This document shows, piece by piece, positions 48,222 to 61,813 of a stretch of 64,000 nt of DNA. Source of the DNA: Amoebidium appalachense. Lineage: Eukaryota > Protista > Ichthyosporea. The notes beneath the pieces are model-generated. The model was not told the origin of the DNA. It saw only the letters and a program-made list of their open reading frames with translations, and searched no databases. The number at the start of each line of letters is the position of its first letter. The stretch's first letter is position 1. A program made the position numbers and the translations under genes. The stretch is from contig CAVNZM010000013.1 of assembly GCA_963693365.1 (NCBI GenBank), forward strand, positions 2,567,817 to 2,631,816. Direction: 5' to 3'.

Positions 48222-50014
48222 GAATTTTTTGCTGTGGCCGGAGCACAAAACCCCTTCAAGGGGGAAATTTTAACTCCAAGTCACGGTGAGGCCCTTACAG
48301 AAGCAAACATTTCGTTTAATCATTGATATTTTTAAGAAGTAGTAGTGTTGCCTAGCGGGCAGTAATAATTGTGCCGCCCGGCTCAGTAACACCGTTCAGT
48401 GACTGGAGAGTCTTGCCAAACTTGCAGTTGCCAAGTTTCTAAGTTTTAAATCAACGATTCGTCGTGACAGAATCTTCAGAGTCACTCGGAGGGCGCCGTG
48501 CAAAAAATTACAGTGTAACTGACAGTTTTGCATCGTCTGGGCCACATGATAACACTCTAAAAACATATATCATAGTCATGATTATCTGCTGCCAGAGATA
48601 GGTGTGTTCAAAAAGTGACGTATCATCAGATACGTGCGACTGAGCCCGACTACGCTATCATCACGGTCATGCTGAGAAAGATTATGTCCTATGCAACAAT
48701 AATGGTAATGCCCGATGATTATGTGTGTCATACTACCTTAAAACCACCTAGTGCTCAGCCCTCGGCGAGTCGTGCGGTCGTGTGCACGCGTGCGTGACCA
48801 TAGCGGCCATGTGTGTGTGCATGCGCACAGCCATAATGTGTGTGTGTATGGAGTATGATGTACATTGTCAACACTACGCGGCCCGAGCTCCGCGGGGCCC
48901 CGGGCCGGGGTTTCCGATTACCATATATCTGGAATTTCGGACACTCATACAGCACATGTTATCAACAACCGCGTTATTTGTTGCCTATCACTGTACAGTT
49001 CTCCGAGGCTCCCACCGTCTCATCAATTCATGTTTTTTTTCCCCCTTGGGCTTAGATTATGGTATCATGACAGCATGTATTCATGTTTTTTTTTTCCCCC
49101 TTGGGCTTAGATTATGGTATCATGATAGCATGTGGCCTTGCGGCGTGCGTGCGCGATTCGGTTTGGCACTTCAAATTGAACCGACTATATATAGTGCCAT
49201 GGCACCACCATGCCACGGTGCACGTGACTTCAGTGAGTCACTTGAGAGGAGCTCATGAGGGGTCTCCCGTAACACGGGCTATATACATATGCCGATGATG
49301 CATGTATGGCCTTAGCTGCGCTCCTTATTTACACCATGCATGTATTACGATGGTTAGCCTTGCTGAAATATATACACTCGCCAGAGGGCCTTGTTACTAG
49401 CACTCCATATGATAATGATCGTCATGGCATGACGGCCCGCCGCACGGCCGCCGACCTGCACCCACATGCAGATGTATGCACAGTAGTTTTGAGGAGTTTT
49501 TTCATATTGTAACCAACAGGAGAAAGTGACAATCTCGAGCTCAATAAATGATATACTAATGATTCAGTATGGGCATAGCTATGCCTAAAGCAGGAGGCGT
49601 GTCTTTTATTGTGCATCAACTAGCACCATAGTATGCTGCATGCACAGTTGACAGGTGAGTCTGAGGTATGGCCCCCATGGATTTATGGAGCCAATCAAAG
49701 ATGGTGATGTGATGATCTTTAAATTCCATTGTGCTCGCACGCGCGCGCACCCCATTCCATATTTATCACAGTGCCTCACGGATTTTATTATATAAATATA
49801 TATATCTCCAAAAAGAAAGAAAAAGAGCACCAGAAAAATGAATCGTGTAACCTTGCTTTTAGGTTACAGTAGTGCTCTCTTCGGATTAGTTTTTCCTACC
49901 ACCGTAGGAGTCGATGAACTGCCCAGATCTGGGGAAGAGTCCTAATATGGCGGACCAATCAGATGGTGTTCGTACACTTTCAGAATGCCATCCGCCGGAC
50001 TTTTCCTGTACATG

Positions 50015-51251
50015 TTGTGGTGCAAGGCAAACCTTATGATCCTTAACATAGACAAATGTGGTGTTCTTGTACCTGATATAGCTAACAATTTACACACATT
50101 TACATTATCATCTAAACCTGTACCTATAGTTCCAGAATACAAATATCTTGGTGTTCCGGTTGATTCTGTTGGTGTTATGTTTCCCCATATGGTCGAAAAG
50201 AGGGCAGAGTTGGCTCGTAAGCGGTTAGCTTTCTTCTCGGCTAATATTTTTAAAGACACACCCCTCCATCCTTCTATTAGACTTACATTTATTCGCACTT
50301 TTGTCTTCCCGGCATGTGAATATGGTTTACCCCTTCTCGCCGCTTGGATCAAGAAAGAGAGAACTAGAGCGCTTAAACCCTTGGCAAATTTCCTTGAAGC
50401 AGAAGTTGCCTCCTTTCTATCTAACAACTGTTGTAAACCTGGGCCTGTAACGCTCTCGATATATGGTCTGGTCCCAATAGCTGCTAGAGTATCCTATCTG
50501 GCGCTGAAATTCAATAAGCACATAAGCCGCTTAAAGAAGTATTTGCCCTCCCACCCTCTCTTCTCTATCCGACCTGTCCCCCCCTCACCTCTCCCCTCTT
50601 TCCTCCCCTCTCTCTCCCCTTCTCCCCTGGGCACAAATACAAATAAACCCCGCAATAGTGTGTGTGTGACTTTGGACTGCCACTTACCTATTAAACATGT
50701 ACACAATCACAAGATAATCACGCAATATAACAAATGGAAAAAGATACCACACGACACTAGACCCGATGAAAGCATACACCTTGAAAAACTAAGCCTTATG
50801 TCTCGTTTTATATATACTGACCGCCTCAACCATATTGCCAAATATGGCACTCGCAAATGTATAACACCTAAATACATATTACCTTCCTGTAGAACTGGTC
50901 TTTCTCTAGCTGATGGTATTATTGATCAATTACCACGCTTTTACTGTACACGTGCTACACAGTGGAGATCTAATAAGTATAAGGTGCGGCATCATTTGCA
51001 TGCCCAAACAACACACACACACACCAGTTCAACCGGTCATGTATCGCCAAATGTAGTTTGATAGACCACATAACACCGCAACACACACACGTCACATCCA
51101 CAACAGACACCCAGAAAGATAGCCTACCTGTAAATTACAACATCCTTGATTTTATACTAAACACGCGTAACTACGACCTGTTTATTAGATGTATTGATTG
51201 GCTTGAGAAACACATCACTACAAAATTATAGCGCACGCGCACACACACACA

Positions 51252-51290
<39 letters not shown>

Positions 51291-51321
51291 CCAGCTGATA
51301 CCGAGTGTCCCAGGGGAGCCC

Positions 51322-51361
<40 letters not shown>

Positions 51362-51555
51362 GGGGAACCCCAACTAATTGATTTCTCCTTGTAGTCTTTA
51401 TGGTGTCTCGTAGAGAAAGTAAACCCTGATATATAGTCATCACCCGACATCTATGTACGTGTTCATGATATACCGCTGAGGGGATATTCCGAGCAAAACC
51501 CCCCCCCATACCTGAGACTGGTTTCTCTTTGCCTCGAGTAAACAGCGTAAACCCC
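50015..51555 (+). mobile_element. 5'-truncated non-LTR retrotransposon, copy 3
   Basis: WCKANLMILNIDKC..YKYLG..EYGL; nearly identical to copy 1 including the 3' UTR to ...GTAAACAGCGTAAACCCC; 2-nt insertion frameshift near 50986. Confidence 0.88.
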
Positions 51556-53203
51556 AATTTCGGATCGTGCGCGACGTGCCCTCGCCCACGTACCACACGC
51601 ATGCATGATGCAACTTCGCAATTCAATCTTTTTTTTTTATGTAATTACAAGTTGGCGCACACCCTCTTGCAAACTTTTTGGTTGTGCGAACATCTCGAGA
51701 GCCTCGAGAGCCTTAGTCATTGAATGCATCTCGTTAAAACCAATGTACTTGCACGTGGGGGGGGGGGGGGGAATGTACGCTGTCGGAGCTGTCATGAGTT
51801 GTCGGCACCCTTGAAGGCCACATGCAGTCACTGGCCGGAGCACTTCCACCTTGAAGATATACCACGGTAAAAAATCGGTGTTACACTTAAATCATACAAA
51901 TTTCAAGTGGAGATCATACATATCAAATATTCATCATGGCATACGGATCATATGTGGAGTTTGAACGCTGTAAAAACATTTTTACGGTGTATCTGACTGA
52001 GGATCGGATAGTAGGCCTGTCACTAGTACTGCCACCTGAGTATTAGTAACATAACTTATTGAGGCTCACTGCTTGCCAGAGCTGCATGAAGGCTTGACGG
52101 TCCGCATCACTGAGTTTCTAATGTGACTCATGAGCATGACTATGATAATAACTTCTTCAAAGTTCAGCTCAGCTGCAGCGGAGAGTCAGGCACACTTGGC
52201 AAGGTGATCATGGCTCGGATATATCGATCATGACAGTCACGCAGCAGCAGCAGCTTGTATTGCCAACATACATATATTTATGTTGTGGCACCTGATCATA
52301 GTCACGGCTGATCCCAGTAGTCACGGAACGTTGTGGCCTTCAACACGTGTGGCAATACTGAGATAATATTAGTACCCTACGGCTGCAGCCACTGGTAATT
52401 ATTATCTGCCACTCGCCTTTCAATGGTTTCAACTTTCAAGCTTCATTCATGATCATCGGGCGGAGCCTTAGACTCTGACTCTGCATGCAGAATCACTCAA
52501 ATATTCTTCGCATTCTGAGGACACCGGTGGGGCGGGGGGGGGGGGGGGGGGGGGGGGGGGGATGGGGGAGGGGGCGGGGGGGGGGGGGGGGTAGATCTGA
52601 TATTCAAGGTTACCCTATTAGAGGGAGAAGCCTTCGGATAATTCATAGGAGCAGCCTCGCCGAGGTGGAAACCGAAGACTGAGGGGAGAGGGGAGGGCCA
52701 TCATAGGCCGACCCCGTCCGGGGCCCAGGCCGGGGTCGATCGAATAGATAGTATCATGGCGGCCGAATCGACTCCTTCCGAGGCCCTCTGGGAATATCAA
52801 CAGGCTGCTCATGCATGCCGCGGATGACTGTCGGAGACTCACGAGTCATGCTGGCACCTGACACTGTGTGAGTCACCGTGCTCATGAGTGATCACCACCC
52901 GGCTAGCAGTACTAACAGGAACATTTTTCCACACGAGTCTCGACCCACACCAACGGATCTACTTGAAATTCACGTTACACAAGTTGAAGTCACTGAATTG
53001 CCGGGATGTCGCGCCGATGAATCCTAGAACTCGTGACCGTCAAGATTCTTCTCAGCCTTGCATCAGTGCATCCGTAGCTAGCCTATACTACGGGCGGCGG
53101 CTGTACCGTAACTACCAGTACATGATACCGTTCTCACTATCGATCGTCGCGCCCCCCTTGTATAGCAGTCCCCATTGCGAGCCCCGAGTCCGCCTCCTTA
53201 GTC

Positions 53204-53347
<144 letters not shown>

Positions 53348-54386
53348 CTGTTTGGGAAGAAGTGTGGTTAGAGAATGAATGAGGGTGGGGGATGGGGGTG
53401 GTGGTCATACAGTGTGTGTGTTTGGGGAAGGGGGAGGGCAGGAGCGAGGAAGGGAGGGGAAGGGGGGGCCGGTGAAGGGCTGAGGGGAGGGAGGAGGGGG
53501 GAGGGGGAGTGAGGGAGAGGACGGGCGACTCGGGGGGTTGGTGGGTGGGTGGGTGGGGGAAGGGGGAGGGGAGGGCTGGGGAGGAAGCACAAGGAAGGAA
53601 GGGGAGGTGGCTAAAAAGATCGAAAAAGGAAGAAATCGTGTTAGGCACGTGAAATGTGAGAACGACTGTTTTTGATTCGGGGGGGCATGGAGGGGGGAGG
53701 GGGGGTGGGGGGGGTGGGGGGAGGGGGGGGAGGGGGGGGGGAGAGAGAGTAGCGATTGTGTATGGTGATGCTGGTGGCAGGGGGGAGGGGGGGGGGGGGG
53801 GGTGGAAAAGCGGGGAGTGGGGGGTGGAAAAGGGGCGGGGGAGGGAAGGGAGGTACAAGAGATGAAGTGGCAGACTGAGTGGGCAAAGCTTCGGGTACTA
53901 CGAAGGTCTGCCATGCAACATCCACTAGAAATATATCTTTCAAATTCATAAGGAGTAGAGGATTCTGATTATATGGAGGTGTTTGAAAAAGGACCACATA
54001 AAATTGCAACATCCGTCCTAGCTTAAGCACTACTTGTGTAGACGTGATTTGCTGAGGGCCAAAAAAAGGGGAAGGACGGAGGGGAACGGGGAAGCGGGGT
54101 TGGGAGGGGACGGGAGAGGGGGAGGAAGGGGGGGTGAGGGGGGGTGAGGGGGAGAGGGCTTGGTGGAAAGAGTGTAGTTCTGGGGAGGGGGGGACGATCC
54201 CCGGCAGAGGGCTGTATTGGATGACAGGAAAGCAGCACATGGAGGGGGCGGGGAGAGGGGATGGAGGAGAGGGAGGGGGACGGGAAGGGGGAGGGGGGGG
54301 GGGGGGAGGGGAGGGGAGGGAGGGGGGGAAGGAAGGGGGGAGGGGTTGGGGGTTGGGGGGGGAGGAGGGGGGGGGGGGGTGCTTAC

Positions 54387-54735
54387 GTTTCCAAAGTTGG
54401 CAAAGCCTGCAAGAGCGTAAAATGTCGACTCCATTCCCTTGGGGCACAGCCTGAGCTTGGAGATGAGCACCACCCCGGCTGATTGGTTCAAAGTCAGCTC
54501 AGGTATTTTGGATGCATTATTGAGGGAAGAGGGGGGGGGAGGGGGAGGGATTGGGGGTGGTGGTGGTGGTGGTGGTGGTGGGGGGGGGGGGGGGGGGACG
54601 GTTTGTGTGTGTGTGTGCGTGCATGAGGAGGACTAGGGGTAGATTTGATAACACGGCCGGAGTAATAGGCCCATAGTGTTTAGTGAGGGATGGGTTTTTC
54701 AGTTTTGGAGGTGTTGGGGGGAGGGGGGAAGGAGG

Positions 54736-54779
<44 letters not shown>

Positions 54780-55668
54780 GGAATTTTTTTTTGTAAAAAA
54801 AGTGATCCATTCAAACAGCTCTGTGATCCTAGGCTAATGGGCTCTGAATGAAAAAATGGGTAGATGAGACTCAGTGAATCTGGGTTTGATTATGCAAGGA
54901 GGCATCATGAGTCAGAATTTATAGCAGCCAAGTGCAAATAGGATGATATGGGCCGGGGGAGGCGGGGGGGGGGGGGGGGAAGGGGGCGCGAGGTGGGGAG
55001 GGGGCCAGGGAGTTGAGGGAGGGGGGAACCGGCCTACGCATGAAATTCAACATGTAGACAATCTGCCCAACGATATTATCGCCCTTCATATACGTGGCCT
55101 TGTCACTAATCCCAACGTCTATATTCCACCTCTTCACAATGACGATATCCACCGCTCCCCCCAGACAAATCATAACCGTCACGGTAGTCACCCAACTTGA
55201 ACATGGGCGGAATTCCCACTCAGACATGACACCTTGGAAAAGCGCGACCCCCGCAAACCCCATTATTGACGCAACCGTTCCGCTATCATGTAATTTAGTA
55301 TGTTTGGTCGAACGCAGGTCCCCCCGGTACGCACTCCCCGTCGCCGAAAAAGTAGTCTAGGGGCCCGGCGATGTTGAGGTATGTGGCGTGGGAGATAAAC
55401 ATGTACCCCATTGGCCGAAGTGACGCCAACGGGAAAGGTATGCGTAGGATGAGCCAATCAGAGCAACGGAAATTACGATTGCGTAGATGAAGACTGCAGG
55501 TGGAGGGGGAGAGATGGTGGGGGGGGAGAAGGGGGGTGGGGGTTGGGGGGAGGGGAGGGGAGGGTTAGTTGGCATATTATTAGGAAACTTGGTAGCCCGG
55601 AAAACAGGATTTAAAGTTTTGTAACAGTTTTGTATATATCCGCCCTTTCACCCTGGGCCCCCCTCCCC

Positions 55669-55705
<37 letters not shown>

Positions 55706-55735
55706 CCCCAACTGGGCCACCGACCAAAAAAGTAA

Positions 55736-55768
<33 letters not shown>

Positions 55769-57317
55769 ACACACACCCAACTTGAGTAGTGTGTCCGCGT
55801 GAATTGTTAGCCTGAAGGGTGTTTGTATTTTGTGTGAATGGGTGGGTGGGTAGGAGGTGGGTGGAGGGGGTAGAGGGGGGGGGGGGGGGGGGGGGGGGAT
55901 AAAGGGAGTGGTTGGTGACTGTGTAAATAGGGGATAGGGGGCGGGCTCTCTTTCTTTTTCTTCTTCCTTTTCTTTCTTTCTTTTTCTTTTTCTTTTTCTT
56001 TTCCTTTCTTTTTTCTTTTTTTATAGGGGGAGGGGGGGAGGAGGGGGGGAGTTGGGACGGAGGGGCAAGTAGGGGGAGGCCTGAGGGCACAGACACACAA
56101 CATACATACCGGGGAGTTGTTTGTTTGCCTTTGAGAGGTGCTTGCTGAAATAGAGCCTAGCCTGTTCATTAAACATACGATTGCCGATCCGAGTGCACCC
56201 ACACCCATGATAATCGCAAGAACAAACACTTTGCAATGGCGATTCCATTTTTTAGATTGGAACCCGCTTGCGGTCCTTGGGAGGGGAATTTCGCCCAAGT
56301 ATCTGAGGCTGGTTGGGATGACAACTTGGACTGCAAATGGGCAGCCGGCAAGGAACATGCCTTTAAGAAGCCTGCCAATGACTGAAAATAATATAGTTTG
56401 CTTTATCCTTTTAACTATTTGCCAATCGAAAAAATGCTTTAGCTTGGTTTATCTTTTTAATACCTGCCAATCATTCGGGAAAAAATACTTTAGTTTGCTT
56501 TTTTTTTTATTAAAAAAAACCCCCTTCCCACCCCCTCCCCTTCCCACCTTTTTTTCTTTTTTTGAATATGCTGAAACATAATTTTGTTAGTTGACAGAGC
56601 GCAAATGCTTTATCGATCGGTTAAATTTTGTGGTTATGTTCTTTGTGAAACTTTAAGTAAGCCCTTTTGCAGTGATTGTTTAAAGTCTTATAATCTTACT
56701 GGTTCCTAGCATGCCTAGAAGCTCCGGTCTCAAAAAGTATTTGTGTTGTGGTGGCGAGACAAGACCGTCCTCTTCTTCTCTTTGTTTTTATTATTTATAT
56801 TTTATTTTATTCCATTTTGATTCAATGATTTATTTTTTAGGGAGGGGGGAGGAAGGGGGGTGTTTTTTTTTTGGTGGGGGGGGGGGGGGATAGGGTTGGG
56901 TGGGTGTGTGTGTGTGTTGGAGGGGGGGGGGGAGGGGGGAGGGGAGGGGGGGAACGGGGGAGGGGGGAGGGCAAGGAGGAGAGAAGAAGGGGGGGGGGGG
57001 GGGGGGGGGAGAGGGTGTACAGTTTGGGAACGGTTGGGGATTTTATGTAAGGAATTTACCAGGCATTTTCGGTACTATCTGTGTTTACACTGAGACATAG
57101 GCCCAACAATCCACGTAACAAGTAGGGTCCCGACAAAATAGGTCCCCCACACCACAGACACGATGTCGGACGAAGATTAAGGGTTTTTCACCATCAGTTC
57201 GGCATAGCACCCCTCGATTAGAAGGTCGGTCAGTGCGACTTGGAAGTTGCAAAGGAAGAAAAGGATTGCGACTACCTCGCCAAGATCGGCTGGAATGGTC
57301 CAGGCTGTGTGTGTGTT

Positions 57318-57382
<65 letters not shown>

Positions 57383-58930
57383 TTTGGGTCGGGGGGAGGG
57401 CGGGGCGGGGGGAGGGGGGGGAATGTGGAAGGAAGGGAGGTGTGTCACGGTATATGTGTGTGGGGGGAGGCAGGGGAGGGAGGGAGGGGTAAGTTAAGTG
57501 TAAATCACGTGAAGTTGGAACTTATAGTAGAGCTAGAGAAAGATTTATTAACGAAGTAATGGGTAAAACCTTGATTATTATATACTCGATATTTCAAGTT
57601 GTTTCTATGAAACTGGTTGGGACGGGGTGAGCCGACGTGGTGTGTGCCTGTGTTTGTGTGTGTGTGTGAAAGTGTTCTTGTGCCTGTATGTGTGTGCTGG
57701 AATACGCTCCATGTGTAAAAATGCAATCTTGGTGCATGGTTTGCTTTTCTTTTTTTCCTTTTTTCACCCAAGGTCTTTACTTCTTCTTCTCCTCCTCTTT
57801 TTCTCTTGGGAACGGGCAGGTGTGGGGTGTGTGCGTGTGGGGAGGGGCGGGTGGAGGGGGGGGGGGGGGGGGAGGGGGTAAGAGATTGAAGACATGCCAC
57901 CCACAACCAGATAGGCATTGGCACCCAGCAGGGAGAATATGATGATGTAGTGTTTCTTGAGGTAGCCGCGGATAGGCAGAATGTCGGGCACCATTCCCAT
58001 GAGTGCCTGTATGTGGATGTGTGCGAGTACGTGAGTGTTTGGGTTTGGAGGGGGGGGGGAAGGAGAGGGCAGGAGAGAAGAGGGGTAGGGATGAGGGAGG
58101 ATGGGGAGAGGTGGTGGGGGCTGGGGGGAGGGAAGGGGCCGGGGGGGGGGGGTGGGTGGGTGGGTGGGTGGGGGGGTGGGGGGGGGGGGGGATAGACGGT
58201 ACTTGGTTAGATCTTGCCGGTGGCATCTATAAGTTAACATTCAAAAATATGATGAAATTAAGAAAATAGCGCAGGCTGAGGAAATACTACTTGACGCTGA
58301 TACCGCCAAAACCATTCATGTTTTTTGGTGTGCAATTAGGGTGGTTTGGGACGATCATCGGCAGCTAAAGGAGAGGGGGGGGGAAGGGCGAATGTTGTTT
58401 TTGTCAGTTGATGGTGATGGTGTTCAGTGGTGGTGATAGTGGCGGTGGCATGTCTGTGTGTGTTCTGGGGGCCGCCGGGGGAGGGGGGGGGGGGGGGATG
58501 AGGGAGGCATGGGCCGGGGGGAGGGGGGGGGAGGGCCCGGGGGGCAAGGGGGGGGGAGGGGGGGGGAAGGCAGGGAGTCGTAGTGGAGAAGGTAGTAAGC
58601 CCAAGTCTGCATGAAGGTGGAGTGGTGTGTGTGTGACCATCACGGTGGAAGTTTCCGAGGCGTAGAGGAGAGGATAGGGAGAATGTGCCTGTTACATCAC
58701 CTTCATAGACCATGGGGTAGCCGAGATGGTGGTGTAGATCTGATAGTCAGTCGCGGGAACCTTCATAAGATTCCAGAAGTAAGGAAACTTGCCCACGGTC
58801 ATGAGTTGGTAGAGAAATCCCTTGATGCCGAAATATGTTGACGTGAGCCATGACAATAAAGCGCCAGCCGAGCTGGTCGTTAATGCGGATGAAGTAGAAG
58901 CGCGTGTGGTGGTAGGGTCGTGCGAGCTTT
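54387..58930 (-). pseudogene. BT1 / folate-biopterin transporter (MFS) pseudogene with introns; exons ~58930-58701, 58006-57901, 57304-57089, 56381-56110, 55493-55038, 54478-54387
   Basis: Motifs YFGIKG..PYF..YQIYTTISATPWSMK|ALMGMVPDILPIRGYLKKHY, FQVALTDLLIEGCYAELM, LDYFF..CVPGGPAF, DIVIVKRWNIDVGISD, LCPKGMESTFYALAGFANFG. In-frame TAA at 57179-57177, further stops near 55290, and several frameshifts. Confidence 0.85.
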
Positions 58931-59217
58931 CTGTAGTGACATTTGTTCGACCATGCGTTGGCATGTTTTGATCATGTGTATGTCTGTGGCGTTGTTTAAC
59001 ACCGTGTGCACACACAGATTTTGTCCCCACAAAATCCCGTTGGAAATATGGAAAACGTTAACACGGGTCACTGACTCTGGCAAATGCGTTCATTAATATT
59101 GATGCGTGCACACATGTACTAGCTAGTGAAATGGTTCTTAAGAGAAGTCCAGAGACTCGGTCGAAAGCCATATACCCATATAGTTATTGGGAGCACATAC
59201 CCACATTCACAACACAC

Positions 59218-59357
<140 letters not shown>

Positions 59358-59870
59358 CACACACACACACACGCGTGCGCGCGCACACACACACACACAC
59401 GTGTGCTACGTGTACTATCACCTCATGCAACGGCAAACCAGTGGTGTCTTAAAAGGAGTAGGGTCCATACTCGCTGAGCGATGACTCCTCAGGCACCTGG
59501 TAGTATCATTCTGGGTGACCCTACTTGAATTGAAGAAACCCCTCACGGCTTTCGCGCGATGTGTCGATCGGCTCTGGTGTTGTTGGATTCGGGGGGAGAA
59601 ACGCCCAAACCAATCGACTTGCTGTCCTATAGGGGATGCATCTTGGATTTGTAATGTTTTTTTTTCTTTTCTTTTCTGGATCACGCGAGTCAATGTAGGG
59701 TGAGTGAGGCCTCCGAGTCTCTCTCTCTCTCTCTCGTCTAGATAAATCTGACCTGACGCAGCTGTTTATATAGCTCCCCTGAACTTGCGTAGCCACTTTT
59801 GATTGGGTCCTGAATCCGCGCTGGGCCGCTGGCTCACACACAGGGTTCGATTTCTGTTTTTGAAGCTTTG

Positions 59871-59927
59871 GGTTAGGGTCAAGGCCTCCTAAATAGCACA
59901 CCTATTTAGGAGGCCTTGGTTAGGGTC
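59871..59927. repeat. Perfect 16-bp-stem hairpin flanked by a 10-bp direct repeat
   Basis: GGTTAGGGTC-AAGGCCTCCTAAATAG-CACAC-CTATTTAGGAGGCCTT-GGTTAGGGTC. Confidence 0.9.
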
Positions 59928-60513
59928 CAAATTGTTTGGGATTTGCCAAAAAAACTTTGGGAAAAGCTTTCGGAAAATCCTGGGCGTGCAAACAAACGGT
60001 CATGATCACGGCCCTCCTCGCCTAGCCCCTCTAGATCTTCGCCCCCCGGCCGGGTCGACCCACTGTGGTACCCACTCACGGCCCGCAAACGTTAACTCCC
60101 CCCTCCCCCTTCCGGCCGGGCCCTCAACAACGTCCCCCCCCCCCCCCCCCCTCCCCCTCCCCCCGGCCGAGCCCCAGGGCCGCGGCGCGCCAGCCCCCCC
60201 CCCCCCCTCGGGCCATGCTGGCCATGCATATGGGCACCAATACAGTTTGCGTCCGCGTCTAAGATTCTACGGTTTTGGGGGGGGGTGTCGACGGAGTCTT
60301 AGGGCAATCAGAGCCGGGCTCGAGACATGTAGTCGGTCGTACCCATGATCTTGAGAGGGTGGCCCTATCGGGGGGGGGGAGGGGGGGAAGGGGGGGGGGG
60401 GGGGGGGAGGAGGGAGGAGGCAACCTAGTGGGTTAAATAGTCACCTTAGATAGAGGTTACCGATGTGGAGGGGGAGGGGATCGAGGGGGGAAGGGGGGGG
60501 GGGGGGAGGGATG

Positions 60514-60545
<32 letters not shown>

Positions 60546-60661
60546 CCGTCCTGCATTGTGTGCAGTGCACGTGAGAGAGAGAATTGAGATAGTCAGGGGG
60601 AACCCTGTCTACTAGCACTCTGGATTCGTGACCGAGTGGCTGGGGAGGCTTTCTGTTTTGG

Positions 60662-60708
<47 letters not shown>

Positions 60709-60961
60709 GGTCTATTTTCTCTAATCGATTATCCCGAAAATGGGCTCGTATACGGAATCTAAAGATTTTTTTTCTCTTTTGACTCGGGTTTATTGATCCG
60801 TTGATGAAGGCAACGTGCAGCCACAGGATACATAACCACCAATAGAACTGAAAAAGCCAAAGCTACGAATAAAAATAAAGCGACAAGTGACAAAAGGACG
60901 TGTATGCGTGAAACTAGTTTGCTCCAACTAATCATATGCATCGATGTTGACCAGACCACAC

Positions 60962-61170
60962 TCGAAGTGAAAGTGAAGTCCCACAAAAAGAAGAAACGAA
61001 GGCCTTTATATACCTGCCATGGTGAAGAAGCGGGAAAAAAAGTTGACGTGACAGCTAAGAGATCGAAGTGAAAGTGAAGTCCCACAAAAAGAAGAAACGA
61101 AGGCCATTATATACCTGCCATGGTGAAGAATCGGGAAAAAAAGTTGACATGACAGCTAAGAGATCGAAGT
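60962..61170. repeat. ~101-bp tandem duplication
   Basis: TCGAAGTGAAAGTGAAGTCCCACAAAAAG... at 60962 and 61063, with few substitutions. Confidence 0.9.
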
Positions 61171-61813
61171 GGGGGTTCTTGGGGATCTGCAAGCCCAGCT
61201 AAAAACGCCCCTTCAGTCACAAAACTCAAAAAACGCGTTTTTACAAATTAAGTATCGTAAAATTACAAGCCCTGGGCACTTGTCGGGGTTCGATATTGCT
61301 CATGAGAAGCGCTATAGATATGTTCTTGAACAGAAACATTGAAAAAATTAGGTACAATTTGTTATTAGGGGGCCTTAAAGCGTTTATAATGCTATACATC
61401 TGGTACGAAAGCTGTTACGACGGCACCCTAACCTTATTTGTATAGGGGTCTTTCCTTAATCGTAATTACGACGATTTTTTTTTCGTAATCCCCCCCCTGA
61501 CTATTTACCAATTTGATTGGATAACTGATTAGCAGGAATTGTGCTAGAAGCCACACGACAATGTGTGAGTCACATGACGCACCGACGTGATGCGTAACCA
61601 TCCAATCAGAACCCTCTCCGTTTGCGCAAACGGAGATACGCCGACAACCAAATAAAAAGACGAGCTACTACTAGAGAGAAGGGGGGGGTATGATTGGAGG
61701 GGGGGGTGTTCAGCTAACCTTATATGGATAAAGCAAAGTTACAAGGATTCAAGCCATTGGTTGGGCAAGACCCCTTTTGCCGAATATGGATAACAGATCA
61801 TACACTGCTGTAG

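Noticed and set aside
49288-49300. YADD-coding sequence upstream of LINE copy 3
   Set aside because: Preceded closely by a stop, ~700 nt from the RT remnant, with no other RT motifs; probably chance.
51327-51360. A-run as the LINE poly(A) tail
   Set aside because: Both copies share ~195 further bases and the TSD of copy 1 lies beyond them, so the A-run is internal.
53860-54052. Possible further BT1 exon
   Set aside because: It has an acceptor and an open frame, but the peptide does not resemble the expected C-terminal helices.
57177-57179. In-frame TAA in BT1 with all intact host genes ending in TGA, suggesting stop-codon reassignment
   Set aside because: No in-frame TAA/TAG in roughly 2000 codons of the intact genes; BT1 also has frameshifts; the LINE ORF ends in TAG. 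Pseudogenisation is simpler.
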